Assembly: GCA_003427395.1 (NCBI GenBank)
Contig: BFEA01000002.1
Span: forward strand, 797,567-861,566
From: Chara braunii
Taxonomy: Eukaryota; Plantae; Charophyceae
Length of the DNA: 64,000 nt
Direction: 5' to 3'
The notes under the pieces are model-generated. The model had not been told where the DNA came from, did no database searches, and worked only from the letters and a program-made list of their open reading frames with translations. Every line of letters starts with the position of its first letter. The first letter of the stretch is position 1. Of the stretch, positions 1 through 13,587 are shown piece after piece. The translations under genes and the position numbers were made by a program.

Positions 1-19
1 TCTTTAATCAAAGCATGAC

Positions 20-440
20 TAATCCGGTACTCCCGAGGAGTACATGTCTTTAATCAAAGCATGACTAATCCGGTACTTCCGAGAAGTACACTTCTTCAAA
101 CTTAACAAAAGTCAGTTTGACCGGTACTTCCGTGAAGTACATCTATTAGTTTAACAAAAGTCATGTTGATCCGGTACTTCCGAGAAGTACGCTTCTTCAA
201 ACTTAACAAAAGCCAGTTTGACCGGTACTTCTGTGAAGTACATATATTAGTTGAACAAGAGTCATTTGATCCGGTACTTCCGAGAAGTACACTTCTTCAA
301 ACTTAACAAAAGCCAGTTTGATCGGTCCGTGAAGTACATCTTTCAGTTTAACAAGAGTCATTTGATCCGGTACTCCCGTGGGGTACGCTTCTTCAGCTTA
401 ACAACGACCATTGATCTGGTGCTCCCGTGGGGCGACTCAA
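20..440. repeat. Tandem array of ~50-bp units (alternating, ~100-bp dimer), each with a GTACTYC-NNN-GRAGTAC hairpin
   Basis: About 9 units, e.g. gtactcc-cga-ggagtac, gtacttc-cga-gaagtac, gtacttc-cgt-gaagtac, separated by homologous ttaacaaaag-containing spacers. Confidence 0.9.
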
Positions 441-830
441 TTACTCTTCTGGCTAACGGAATATTTGGGATTGATCAAGTAGTGGAAGATTCCCGGGTGA
501 ATCAGGCTACTACTTGCGCATGTCAGAACAAGAAGAAGAGAAAAGGAAAAAGGGAATGCTCCATCGGGAGCGACCCCAAAGGTTCTTTAGAAAGAAACGT
601 AAAAAAAAACGAATGTCGCAGGGAAAAGGATTAGACGAAAAGGAGTTCCGCATAGCTTTAGTTCGTTGGTAGGCTCCTAAGGGAGAAACCAACGAACGGC
701 ATAAGTAGATCTCAGTTAGATTACCGCGTAAACACAAAAGGGTGTGCTTATCCACGAAAGAGAGAGTGTAAGTACTGAGAGTAAGGAAACATGAATTTCC
801 CTGAGGCGACTTAGGACATAGACAAGAATT
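120..830 (+). repeat. ~700-bp segment duplicated at 11722-12435 (LTR-retrotransposon internal non-coding region)
   Basis: Near-identical sequence; ORFs 251..634 and 11920..12240 translate almost identically. Confidence 0.9.
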
Positions 831-1314
831 TTCCCGAGGCGACTTATATTGCTAACACCTACACTGATTCTCATGACCTAGACTAAGAAATTAATACTTT
901 GATGAGCTTAAGATGAAGGTAGGCGGGCAGTGAATGCAGTGTTATAACTTCCATCGATTCATGCACGCAACTTATAGTCTTAAGCTAAGTGTTTTTTCGC
1001 ATCTGCTTACATGATTCATATATGTTTACGGTGTCTTTTAACTGCTCTGCAAGTGTGGCTGTTTTAAAGATTATGCGTTCGTATATTGGCGGTATTGGTT
1101 CCCTTTAGTTTTGTTAAGATAGGAAAGGAGATGCTTATTAAGAACTGCTTATTAAGAACTATCTTCGGCTTACATCCTGATGCTTTGTCACTTGTTGTAC
1201 TTGTACAGATCAGCGACGGTGACAATGGCTAAGGATGGCGGCTTGGCTAAGATCCTACTTTAGAGGAATTCGTCCCTCGCTAAAGCACTAACGCGCGAAT
1301 CTGTAAAGGAGTCA

Positions 1315-2235
1315 ATGCCCCAAGACCTTAGGGCTCTGCTGTTTCAAGGGAAGAATCTTCCAAACTTTTTGCGCGATTACCGCAATTTTGACCTTGAGAA
1401 TAAATGGGATGAGAGAGCGATGTTGACTATGCTGCCTTTATTCGTGTGTGAGGAGTTGAGCGAAGAAGTATATCGTTTCATGTTGAGATCACAGACTTGG
1501 ATTGAACTCGAGGGTTTGTTGAGCTTGAGATTTTCCGAAAGCGAAGTTGTCAGTCATCATTATGAGAGCCCTGAGCAAGTGATCGATGGTACGTCGATGC
1601 AAGGAGAAATAGGCAGTATACTGAAACAGGTGAGAGAGTTGGAAGAAATAATGATGCAACTAGAGGGAGTAAGGAAAGGAAAGCAAAAAATCCCGGAGGG
1701 ACTGTTAGACGAACTAGCTGGTTGAAGTGGAGAGAAAACAGATGATGATAATCGAGGCTCTCTCCGACCTGCAAGGGTTGAGAAAAAGTGGTGTCACAAC
1801 CAAAAAAGGGAAGGAAACAAGGGAGTGATTGACATAGAAGAAGGACCTGAACCTCCTAAATTGACCAAAGTCGAGCAAAGGGCAAGAAACCGAGCTTAAA
1901 TGGTCATGGGTCGTGGGCGAGGTCAAAATTGAGAAGGGGGTCGAGGAAATGATGATCAGGAAAATGGCCAAGGATCTTGGAAAAGAAGAGTGGATTTGAG
2001 AAAAGTTGTCTGCTGGCATTGTACCCGAGAAGGGCATACAATGAGGTTTTGTCACGTCAGAAAGATCGATGAAGCAAATGGTCTGATTAGCATCAATATC
2101 GAAGAATGTGTTTATGACAGATGTGGGAACCTCATTAACCCAAACATACCTGGAGGGACGAGACAGGAAGCCTTACGACGGGAGCGCGAATGGTGGACAA
2201 AGGCAACAACCTGTACCAGCGACAGGGGATTGTAA
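1315..2235 (+). pseudogene. Degenerate Ty3/Gypsy gag (capsid-like N-terminus, coiled coil, CCHC zinc knuckle)
   Basis: ORF 1315..1725 (FQGKNLPNFLRDY...) and ORF 1990..2235 with C-x2-C-x4-H-x4-C (CWHCTREGHTMRFC); broken by stops and frameshifts. Confidence 0.7.
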
Positions 2236-4049
2236 GGTCGTTGAATGGTAACGTCATCAAGAAGTCACGACTATCAAAGATATAAGTATTCTCCTTTAGA
2301 GGAGGTAACTGGAAAAGGTTATTGGAGGATGGAATGGGGGAGGTATGCAGAAAGGGAAGCAAGTTGAGTGAGAGGATTTTATCCACAGAAGCAGGTAGGG
2401 GAAGCAGTGGAATAAGATGGAGAAGGATATGAAAAAATTTTAAACAGATTCTTGAGATATCAACGAAGGAAATGATAGAGTCCACCAAGATAATTGAGTG
2501 GAAGGAGAAGCAAGGATTTGGAATTATGGGGTTTGTGGGAATGCTCCTGGTGTAAGGACAAGAGAAGAACGAGAGTTCAAAAAGGCAAACATCAAAGGAT
2601 GGTGAAGAGCAGGGAGGAATGAGTGAGCAGAGCACGAAGCATATTACCACGTAGTGCTTCTAAAGTCGTTAAGCCACTGGCTTCAAGGACGATTGGACAA
2701 ATTTTTCAAGGTTTACATGGACGATAGTAAAATAGGAGAAGGTCTTATTCAAAGGCGACAACCTAGTCCTTTGAAATGACAAAAAGTTTGACAGAAACAT
2801 CTTCACATGACCAAGAGGACAAAGGAGTGAGGGAGAAAGTCGTGTTAGCACTATATGACAGAAACTGTCCTCGGTTTAAAAGGGTGAGACTGAGGTTTTT
2901 TGTGAAGATAGATGGGAACAAGAGGCTTATCGAGTTGAAAGGATACATAAGTAAGCAGGCCAAAGAAAAGTTCAGACACCAGTTATTTAGTTAAGGGCTT
3001 AACATAGAGAAATTTGGGGAAGATTTGTACCTAACTGGTAAATGGGCGACTCCTTGATTCTTTCTTCTAAATCCTATAATAAGACTCTCACATTTTCCTT
3101 TCTTCGGATAAGATATTATACTCTAGTAGTCGAGTGTGAGGTAAGATCTGCGACATGTTTGTTATTTATTTCCCACTTAGATGCATTGATGAACTTCAGT
3201 AGATAGGATAAATGAGATGTCATAGAAGATATTATGAGATTTTACTGTTTCTTTTATACTTTTCTGACTCGACGGGTGTACTTTCGTAATTGAGGATAGA
3301 AGAGACACGTGACTCGAGTTTCAGGATTGTTTTTGACTCGACACTATGGGTTCGACTAAGTTTTTCTCCTGAGACATATATGATTTTTATCTATGGGGTA
3401 TGCCAACGAGAGACACTTTCACTTTCACAATTCAGTTGGTCCAACGTCTGGTCTTGATTGATGAAATGTGTATCTTGGATATGTGTGTGAATTGCGCTAT
3501 CAAGTCTTGAACTAGGATGCTCTAAAAAGCGCCTAAGTGTTCAAGAAAGATAGGATGAAATGTGATATGTACAGTCTGAAAGTGTTGTGACATTGTTGGT
3601 CAGTTGTTTCCATGTTTTGTCTTATATGGTTATTTTTTAAAAATACCCTAAAAGTGGGGTATGAGAAAGTCAAAATTTTGATACATCTGAAAAACCCTGC
3701 AAGCCAGGAAAATGTATGTTATGGAATGGATGTGTTTTTCTGCCTTCTGACAAGACAAGGAGTCAAAAAATACTTTTATACATTTTTTTATGGGTATTTG
3801 GTTGGCTTTTGCTGTTGGTTGAAGATCCCCGAGACGTGTGTCTGTCCAGCCTGTGATCGAGGTTTGGGGCAACACGACCCCTAAGTGGCTCTGACGATGC
3901 CCCTCCTTCAGTGACATATGACAATCATGATATATCATTTTTATTGATTAAATTTTCTTTATATATTTTTCAATAAGGTTCATTCATCCAAACTGACGAC
4001 GGGATTCTTTGGTCAAATTGTTTTTATATATATGAAATGATCATCGTTC

Positions 4050-5600
4050 ATCTTCTCTAGGTGGTCAGTCTGAAGGACTTGAAATTACCAAGCCTATGGT
4101 GGAAAATTGGCATCGTTGAGACGTAACTCCCAGCGTGGGCTGCTGACCAAGTATAACTAGGCAGCGAGCCTTCCGATTACGGCCTAGGACCGAAACCTGA
4201 GAGGGGACCTCCTTAATGATGGAATTGGTTCAGGTAGATATCGGCGGGATCAAGAGGCAGGTCTAGAATGATAGGAGATTTCTACCCCATATTGCGTAAC
4301 CAATACGAGAACCATCGCTAAAAATAACAAACGAGGTGGGCCGCAATTTCGGCCTGATCAACCGGCTGTGGTGGGTTGACGCCAAGGTCGCCGATCCCCT
4401 CGCATTAGACTTCGGGTGGGACGGTAAAATCTGACTTAGGTCAAGACCCGCGTCCAAAGAGTGGGATTCGATTTTGATTCCTAACTCCTCGGACACCCAA
4501 CGAGATTCTGGCAAATAAAGCCTAAAGTTGGGGGGAGGAGCCATCATTGTCTTCCTTGGTGATCTCCGCAACTGTAGTACGGATCCAGTATGCCCACTTG
4601 GGTTTTATGGAATAATCGTTTCTTGGGAATTGTCATTTTGGATATGTGGGAGACCCAAGTTAAAATCCTGACAGTATGGACGCACCAAAGGGGACAGTGA
4701 GGGTCTCCAAACCGCAACTTCACCCAGGGGATCGAATTTTGACTACTTGTCACGTCAGAAGGCATTTCTTTGCAATTAGATTCCCCAGCGATGGGGACGT
4801 CGCTTAATGGGGTCCGGGAAAACTGTCGGAGCAAACACTCTTACAAGGGTATTTGCTCATCATTTTGCATTCGATACAGTATTGATGCCAGTTGCCATAT
4901 CAAGGACGGTCTGGAGTAAAAACTGAGAATTTTTTTTGGCTTCGCGCCGTGAAGCAAACTTCTCGACCATTGAGGCCGAGATTTCTGGGTGATCGTACGC
5001 AGTGATACGGCGCATACGACAACAGGTAAGGGTTAGTAAAAAATTAAAAGTCTTCGGCAGCGAGGGCTGGAGGGTTGAAAGAAAAACAAGAAAGGTCACG
5101 CGGGGTGCGCCGACCACAATCTAAAACCATTAAAGGATCAGGCGGTAAGGCAAAAATAAATTAGGATGAGTGACGAGGCGTCGGACCGGCAGCTATGAGA
5201 AAATCGGCAGGTCGCACCGCGCAAAATCTAAAAGACGATTGAGAAATTAATGTAACCCCAGTCATGCGGCCGGGGCAGCTAAAAGAAACACACTACCTAC
5301 CATAATAGGTAGCGGCAGCAGGTACCGCTGTCCTTACTCAAATGTCGTGAGCGGGGTTGAAACTCCAACTCTGCCTCCCGTATGTGGTGAGGAAGTCGGC
5401 TCGAGTGGCGACTTCATGTTCGCCCGACCCCAAAACAACTGGTGTTTTCATCCCTTAACAAAGGGAGTCACCGCTGCAAACTCTGACATCGTCCGCACCG
5501 GGTCTAGAGTCAGGTTACTTGAACTGGTATCCGCCTATCTACCGGTGTCGAACCTATAAAGAATGCCAACCTTTGTTTTCTTCTGCTCAGCCTTGAGTAC
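4050..5600 (-). mobile_element. Highly decayed DIRS/Ngaro-type retrotransposon fragment (gag Zn finger, RT end, RNase H)
   Basis: Minus-strand translations in the expected order: LRGATCRFSHSC (~5190-5225), ELGIKIESHSL (RT C-terminus-like), VIFSDGSRIGYAIWG (RNase H D-[AG]-S motif). Confidence 0.5.
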
Positions 5601-6845
5601 CCGACACGTCTACCCCTACTTAGTGTGGTACCGGCTTACCCGCCATTTGTGTGCTTTCCCCGCCGCAACCCTTAATGACGTGGCTATAGGTAAGTACCGG
5701 TTATTCGGGCCTTTTGGTCAATTAGGTGCCCTTGCGGGCCACACACTCACTCAAGTCGACAAAGCAAGCCGACAGATATGCAGCATGCGTACACACACAC
5801 AGACTTGGAAACGGATGCATGCCACTGGGTGGGCTGAGCCCCAGCCCCGACACTCTATATGTATGTGGGCTGCTCCACTTTTACTTGAAGTGTGAGCTAG
5901 CTCAATGGGTCTTGGGGTAGACTATCAAACAAAAGAGATAGGGATCGAATCTGCCTCCGATCGTGAGCGAGTCTTTTTGGTATAGAGGAATCAGCACTTT
6001 AACCCCAACTTCTGACGGCCGGGACTTGAACCCGTGACCTCCGTATTGGGGTTAGTTAGAAGTTAGTTTGAAGTTAGACCCCAACTCCGACAATTGGCGT
6101 CCCGGGGTGACCAGTAGGTAGATTCCCTTTTTTTTATTTATTGCTTTTTATTTTATTTTTTTATTTTATTTTTTCTCGTTAGATTTTGGTTCATTTTTAT
6201 CTTCTTATTTGATTAACCTCTCCCAGCGAATCTGTTGCGGATTTGACGATAGGTACATGCGGTTCGTGGTGAACTTGTCAGATGAGCTCCGACTGCGGCC
6301 TGCCCGACCCCGCCAAGAACAAGGGCAAAAGAACTCGGACTCCGATGAACACGGGCACAGTTAGAAGAAGGGCATAGCACCGGGAAACGGAGACGTCAGC
6401 ATAGGCACGACGCAGGGAAGAAAGAGAGGGGAGCACGGGGAAAGCAGGGGAAGATAGCGCGCGCGCTCAGAAAGAAAGGCGCGCAGGGGTAGAAGTAGAA
6501 CGTAAAGAAGAAGAAGAACGAGGAGGAGGAGGAGGAGGAGGAGAAAAGAAGAGGAGAAGAAGGAGAAAGAAAGGAAGAGTGGACGCAGGGATCAAAGGAA
6601 GAACCGCGCGGAGGAAACGAGGTGGTCGCGCGGTAGAAGAAGGCGTGGGCGGGAGCAGGGAAAGATAGCGCGAGGGAGCGACTCCGCACGAATGAGATGG
6701 AGCGGGGCACTTCGACCAAGAAACGACTAGCTAACGAGCGGGGAGGGAGTGCGCAGTAAGGAGACACGCAAAAAGAAGAAGAGGAAGAAGAGGAGGAGGA
6801 GGAGGAGGAGAGAAGGAGAGGAGAAAGGAGGGAGAAAGCGACTCA

Positions 6846-8201
6846 CCTAAGCCGTGCGGTCGATGCCGGCGACGTCGTGAGCTTGACTCAGCCATCCGCC
6901 AGGCCTGTTGGATCGGGCGATTGCGCCCGTCGTGTCTCTCGCTGTAGTCTCAGTATGCTCCACATCGTGACAGATTGTGAGGACCGATGGACTGTCGACT
7001 GACAACGATGACACCAGGAGTATAGTGAGAACAGGTATGTCTCCTATCTCGACTTACTCCCCGACCCTCCCATTGATAAAATGAAGAAAATCGAAATAAA
7101 TCTANACTCCCCGACCCTCCCATTGATAAAATGAAGAAAATCGAAATAAATCTACCGCTAGCAAAATCGAATGAATCTAACGCTGAGTCATGGAAATATA
7201 TACTACTACATGTGCAAATGTATGTGTATGCGTGTGTGCGTGAACGTGTGCATGTGTGTATGTGTATGGGTTTGAGTGTGTGTGTATGTGTGTTTGTGAG
7301 AAAGAAAGATGAACGAGCGAGTGTGTGTATGTAAGAGAAAGAGAACTAAGTCTCCCACCCGCACCTCGCCGCACGCCGCATGGATCGATAGAATGAGCAA
7401 ACCAGAAAGTGGCAATGTATATTTCCCCGTTTCAGCAGGAGATTCATTTCGTTTTTTATCATCATAACGATGGAATGTGTGTGTGAGTGTGTGTGTGTGT
7501 GTGCGTGAGAAAGAGAAAAAGAGAGAGAGCAAACTTACCTCGACGAGGATGAGACCGATAGGCAGCGTAGGGCGGGGGGTTGATGTGATCTCCCCGAACA
7601 CAACGCATCCTCATTTTTTTTTTTGATTGGTCTAGATCAAGAGATAAAAGGAAATAAATAAGCTTTTATACATTCACTATTGTCATATTGCTGTTATTAT
7701 TAATGTTGTTGCTGTTATTAATTATTATTATTATTATTAACATTATTCTTATTATTCTTATTATTATTTTTGTTACCACTGTGTTTTGATCTCAGCCATG
7801 GATATGGCTAAGTACGTTTCAAGAACTCATAAGAAGAAACGGGGGGGGGATGAGCAAAATCGAATGAAACTCTCGTGGCAAATGCACGGCCACTTACACC
7901 AGCCGTAGTAACGTCTCGACCGGCTCGCCCACGGGGTGGCCCTTTGTGTATGTGAACGAGTATGTGTATGTGTGTGTGTGTGCGTGTGTGTGTGTGTGTG
8001 TGTGAAAGAGTGAGAGAGAGAGAGAAAGGGAGAGAAACAGTAGAGAGAGAGTGAGAAGAAAGATGATGATGTGGGGGCGCATACCTGGTATGGGCGATGA
8101 TCTGCCTTTACCTCGCTAGCTGCTGTCGTTTTCGCTTCGCCCGCCGATGCGCCTTCGCTCCCGCTCGTCAGCGGATTTGTCATTTGCATGTGTGTGTGTG
8201 T

Positions 8202-8255
<54 letters not shown>

Positions 8256-8354
8256 CACTGGCTGTCGACTCCGGATACAGCGCACCCCTGGCGATAGTGC
8301 ATCGGGTCGGAGAGATGGCTTGTATACCTTTTTCCTTAATCATTGTTATTATTA

Positions 8355-8402
<48 letters not shown>

Positions 8403-8453
8403 GTCCGATGCACGGGTGGTCCTTGGGTGCATGTGGCATTGTTATTATTAATA

Positions 8454-8522
<69 letters not shown>

Positions 8523-8918
8523 GTCAGATGCACGGGGGGTCCTTGGGTGCATGTGGCATCTGTGTTGTTGGGGAACGAGGTTGTGAGTAAGGCGGGAGGC
8601 ATACCTGACAGTGGAAGCGTGCGACTTGGTCGCTGTATGCTCATACTTCGGGAAAGCCGTTGTCGTCATCATTCCATACTTTAGAATAGGCTAGTTAGAA
8701 TCTGCCACATGTAGTCTGGGCGCCGAGCGCCAGATAGGATATCAACATTGGTTCTTCATTGATGATGATGATGGGACTATTCCAACATTGTCAATTATGA
8801 AGTCTTGGTGTGTTCTTATTGGGTGAATCTCATGGTGTTGTTTCTACTGTTAGTTCGAGGTCAGGACTACCTGGTCCCGCATGTATAATGTTGTTTGATT
8901 GCCGAAGATCGATTACAC

Positions 8919-8985
<67 letters not shown>

Positions 8986-9034
8986 GAATTATCATTATTA
9001 TTATTTTATAATTATTCTATTTATTATTATTTAC

Positions 9035-9101
<67 letters not shown>

Positions 9102-11130
9102 GTTATTACTATTATTGTTATTATTATTAGAGAGGGAAGGAGAGAAAAAGTAATCCGTGATGGGAACGTGCCTGATTGGTTGGGCAAGATCTGTCTGTTG
9201 TAAGAGGACGGTCGTCGTTGGGCGCTGCAGGTAGGATAGCACTTAAGAGAGAGAGAGAGGGGATTGAGCGGAGGCGAGAGATACTTACCTGAAGCCCCGT
9301 TTGCTCCAGCTTCGTCTTCAGGGGTACCTGCAGCAAAACGCCGACATCCCAGATTAATGCCTGGCTAAAAGCGGAGAGAGAGAGAGTTTTTCTTCTTACT
9401 CTTCTCCGTCCGCTGTCTTCTTCTCCCCCTCGCCCACCATCCTACCTCACTACATCTACGGGCTACGAGAGGAGAGGAGAAGAGCGTGGTGACACGAATT
9501 CAGACTTAACCTTTGGACTTCAGACATAGCAACGAAGGATTATTTGGGACTTATGACGAAGACCTGGTGCTAACAACATCCCCGTCTCTCTCCCTCTTTT
9601 TCGTCTGATTCCCTCCTCTTCGCCTGAGTATGTCTGGACCTGGCATTTTCCCCCTGTGTACTGCGCCATGTTCCCTCACGCCTGATGATGGATATAATGT
9701 ACGTTTGGTCCGCGTTCAATCATTGTTTGGGCTAGTCATTTGCATTCTAGCATTCGGCTTCGTTGTCGCGTACTATGTGAATAAGGTCAGTCCTGGTCAG
9801 ATCAGGCCTTGTATCTGAGTCAGTCAACACCATTTTATATGTATCAAAATGCACATTGCTTGTTGAGATTCTACTTGCACAGCATTGTCCATTCAACCTT
9901 CTTTATCACATTGCGGATTCTCAGTTTTCATGTACATCGCCCAAACTTAGCATGTAACAGATACAGACAGGGGAGCGGACGGACACAGACATTCTAGCAG
10001 GCAATCAGGCAACCCAAAAACGAGTCTACTTTCAATGGTCGTGGTAACTCAGCGTCCGTGCAACTCTTTGTTCGCATACAGTTGCTCACCATGGATATCC
10101 AACTCGGTACTCGTTGTGCACGAACACACACACGCATTGCGCCATCTTACTACTAAGCTATGGCGGCCATGTCCGCCCCTGCCTGCCCCTTTCCATTGGG
10201 CCTGGGTACACACAGTTCCATGCAGTACTTGCTGGACTGGACTCTGAATGAGTGGGGCCGGTACACACAGTCTCATACGGTACTCGCTGACTGGACTGAG
10301 TGAGACTGGGACTGGGTACCACTGACTCAGCAGGGGTGGACGTACCGCAGCCCACTTGCCTCTAGTCTGCTATAAGCGACAGTTGAAGGGCCGCTTCCGG
10401 ACCTGCCGGAAGCCTGTGGATTTGGCCGTCAGCTCCGTAGCAGCTGCAACCTTGGTTCTCACAGGACGGACCTACAGTTCGAGAACCGACACTCACACTA
10501 GCCTGTGACGGACTAACAAACAATACAAGGGGTAGACTCAGACGGTCTCAGATAGACCCAAGCATTCTCAGATAGACACAGACTGTCTCAGACAGACACG
10601 GACAGACACAGACAGACACACACAGATAAGGACAGACAAACAAACGGACAGGCGTAGTCACGCAGACGGCCAAAGAGAGAGAAACAACGCGTGCATCAGA
10701 AAGACTATGGTAGAGAGAGAGAACCGCCTACCTTTGGTGAGGGTGCTAGTATTGGGTTGCGGTGTTCTACACAGTCAAGCGTTAGTGACTGGATCCCCGG
10801 AACTGTTTAAAACAACATTTTGATTGGAACTGCACGTACCTGAACTTTGCATCTTTGGTCTCGAGTGTGAATTTCGTGTGATCTCTCGACCCATGTTTGC
10901 GTGTAAGTATGTACGTGAGTGAGAGAGAGAGGGATGAGGTTGATGATGTAAGGATATGTACCTGGTGTTGGCAATAGTTAACATCTTCATTTGAGAATCT
11001 GATACGATGATCTGATTCTCCGTTGGTATGATAGCGGTGTATTACTACTATTCCAAACAGTGTCAGACCTTTTGGCTTTCAGTGTGATGGCGTAATCCGC
11101 AGTCTGACACACTTACCTTCTGATACTACT
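6846..11130 (-). pseudogene. Fragmented multi-exon gene remnant of unknown, probably transposon-borne family, with microsatellite-filled introns
   Basis: Series of minus-strand donor sites (AG|GTGAGT ~6846, AG|GTAAG ~7537 and ~9287, AG|GTATG ~8084 and ~8603, AG|GTAC ~10960) bordering short GC-rich segments; one exon type recurs at 24830 and 58190. Confidence 0.4.
8343..9128. repeat. (TTA)n microsatellite blocks
   Basis: Runs at 8343-8402, 8440-8522 and 8920-9128. Confidence 0.95.
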
Positions 11131-11721
11131 AGTAGTGGTAATGATATTATTATTGTTATTATTATTACTATTACTGTTATTATTAGCATTATTGATTGTT
11201 GTTTCACTATTAAAATATCCTGAGATAAGCAGGGGTCAGGAAGGGGAAGAGTGTGGGGCTTTGGAGAGGAGAGAGACATTATCACTGTGTGGTGGCGCCT
11301 ACCTCCTCCATCCTCCTCCATTCTTTTCCCTGTTTGAACATCTCATGAACCATTCTCTTCAATATTATAACTTGTCTAATGATATGTTCCTGTAAAAGTC
11401 CAGACATCCCATTGCATGTATGATACGAGATCAATGACAGGGCAATTGCGGGAGCTCTGCTGGAGTTCGAGAGGAACACTGGAGGCAGGGAACTATGAGG
11501 TACGCGTCACCTAACCCTTTCCCGTATACCCTTACAAGTTACGCCCTTCTATCAAACTGCTTGTATGATTGTATGATATACTGTTTATGGCTTTCTTCGG
11601 GACTAAAGCACGAAAAGCAAAAGGGCTATATGATTGAAATCAGAACGTGCCTGATGTCCGAAAAGGAACCTAGGAAAGAACCAAGAAGGAACATAGCCTG
11701 CATGGTCTTGAGAAAACAAAG

Positions 11722-12045
11722 GCCGGTACTTCCGTGAAGTACATCTATTAGTTTAACAAAAGTCATTTTGATCCGGTACTTCCGATAAGTACGCTTCTTC
11801 AAACTTAATAGAAGCCAGTTTTACCGGTACTTCCGTGAAATACATATATTAGTTTAACAAGAGTCATTTGATCCGGTACTTCCGAGAAGTACACTTCTTC
11901 AAACTTAACAAAAGCCAGTTTGACCGGTACTTCCGTGAAGTACATCTTTCAGTTTAACAAGAGTCATTTGATCCGGTACACCCGTGGGGTACGCTTCTTC
12001 AGCTTAACAACGACCATTAATCCGGTGCTCCCATGGGGCGACTCG
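11722..12045. repeat. Second copy of the GTAC-hairpin tandem array (~7 units)
   Basis: ccggtacttccg[at]gaagtac recurring at ~50-bp spacing. Confidence 0.9.
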
Positions 12046-12458
12046 ACTACTCTTCTGGCTAACGGAATATTTGGGATTGATCAAGTAGTGGAAGATTCCC
12101 GGGTGAATCGGGCTACTACTTGCGCATGTCAGGACAAAAAGAAGAGAAAAGGAAAAAGGGAATGCTCCATCGGGAACGACCCCAAAGGTTCTTTAGAAAG
12201 AAACATAAAAGAAAGCGAATGCCGCAGAGAAAAGAATTAGACGAAAAGGAGTTCCGCGTAGCTTTAGTTTATTGGTAGGCTCCTAAGGGAGAAACCACCG
12301 AACGGCATGAGTAGATCTCAGTTAGATTACCGCGTAAGCACAAAAGGGTGTGCTTATCCACGAAAGAGAGAGTGTAAGTACTGAGAGTAAGGAAACGTGA
12401 ATTTCCCTGAGGCGACTTAGGACATAGGCAAGAAACTCCTTAAAATAAAAGGAGGAGG

Positions 12459-13587
12459 TGTGACAGACGGCTCAGGGTAAATAGAAGCTATGGGTTAGAC
12501 TTTGGGATGTTGATCCCAGGGTTCACAAACCGGATCTAAGGGTTTTTAGATATCATTATGTGGGAATCAAACGGGGATGTTGAATCATTGTTGACCTGTG
12601 TGTGTGGAGGTCTTTGTTAGGTCTACTGCAATTGAAGGAGAAGTCATACATAAAGGACTCAATTTTTTGTTATCACTCGATAACAAGTCGGTTGTTACCG
12701 ATTCAACTTTCCCCTTTAACTTGATACGCACCTCTAAAGTCAAACCCTGTGGTCAGTAAAACTGTCACCTGCGGTTATTGCCTAAACGGTCTTGGTCACT
12801 CTCAAGGGTCCTTTGAAGAAATGTGAGGGGGCTGGGCTTACGTCTCAGGAAAGACAAGGCTGTCATACATAGTTTGGGAAGTGAAGGAAAAGGTCAATGG
12901 TTGATGGTTGACGTCGTTAGTGCATGGCATGTGAACCGTCCTTGCATTATTCTGTGCAGGTCTGATTTGTGCGTGATTTGGATTGAACTGGACCTGGTTT
13001 GTTGAAGAGTCTCGGACATACGACACTAGTGAAAATGGGAAGGGTTATCGGCGGTAATACTTCTATATTCATTATATGTCCAATTTAACTTCCATATTAT
13101 CCTGATGTTCAGTTAAGTCCTAACCTCTTAAGAAAGATAGGACGCTCTTTGGTAGAAAAACAGGTTGATTGATATTTGTCAAGAACAATAGTACATTACG
13201 CAGTAGCGGAAGTAGACAGCATTATTAAAAGTTCGACCTGAATATCTAACGGGTCAGTTTTAGGCGTCTTACCGTGTGTACCCCGTTTTATGCTACAGCG
13301 ATCGAGCAAACGTCCTCGGCCGACCTACCTCTACAAAGGCATGTAAAAGCCGTTGCATGTGGGCTGGTAGCTCAACAGGGATACGCCTACCTAAGGGTGA
13401 TGACAACCCCTCGGGTAGAGGTAAGTTGTACCTCGCAACGTCCCGACCTGTCGCAGGGCGTCGTGAGAGGTATAGCACGCGCGCACGGTCGGAGTGGTGA
13501 CTGGTTCTTTTTCAAGAAATCAATCCTGCGTGACACGACCGTGAGGTTTTGCGTTCTTGGTAGGGTGCGGGACCGCCGCGCGCGACA
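12459..13587 (+). mobile_element. Probable 3' LTR of a Gypsy element inserted into the RT of a second Gypsy element
   Basis: Polypurine tract aaaaggaggagg directly before TGTGACA at 12459; ...cgcGACA at 13587 abuts the resumption of RT coding sequence (VAHLDKVL). The right end is uncertain (alternative ...cgACA at 13024). Confidence 0.55.

Noticed and set aside
20-440. CRISPR-like array of palindromic repeats
   Set aside because: The spacers are homologous and alternate rather than being unique, there are no cas genes, and the context is a eukaryotic retrotransposon.
7045-7144. Tandem duplication of ~50 bp around a single N
   Set aside because: Probably a contig-join artefact.
9560-10772. 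Possible solo LTR
   Set aside because: TG...CA ends can be chosen, but I found no matching target-site duplication.
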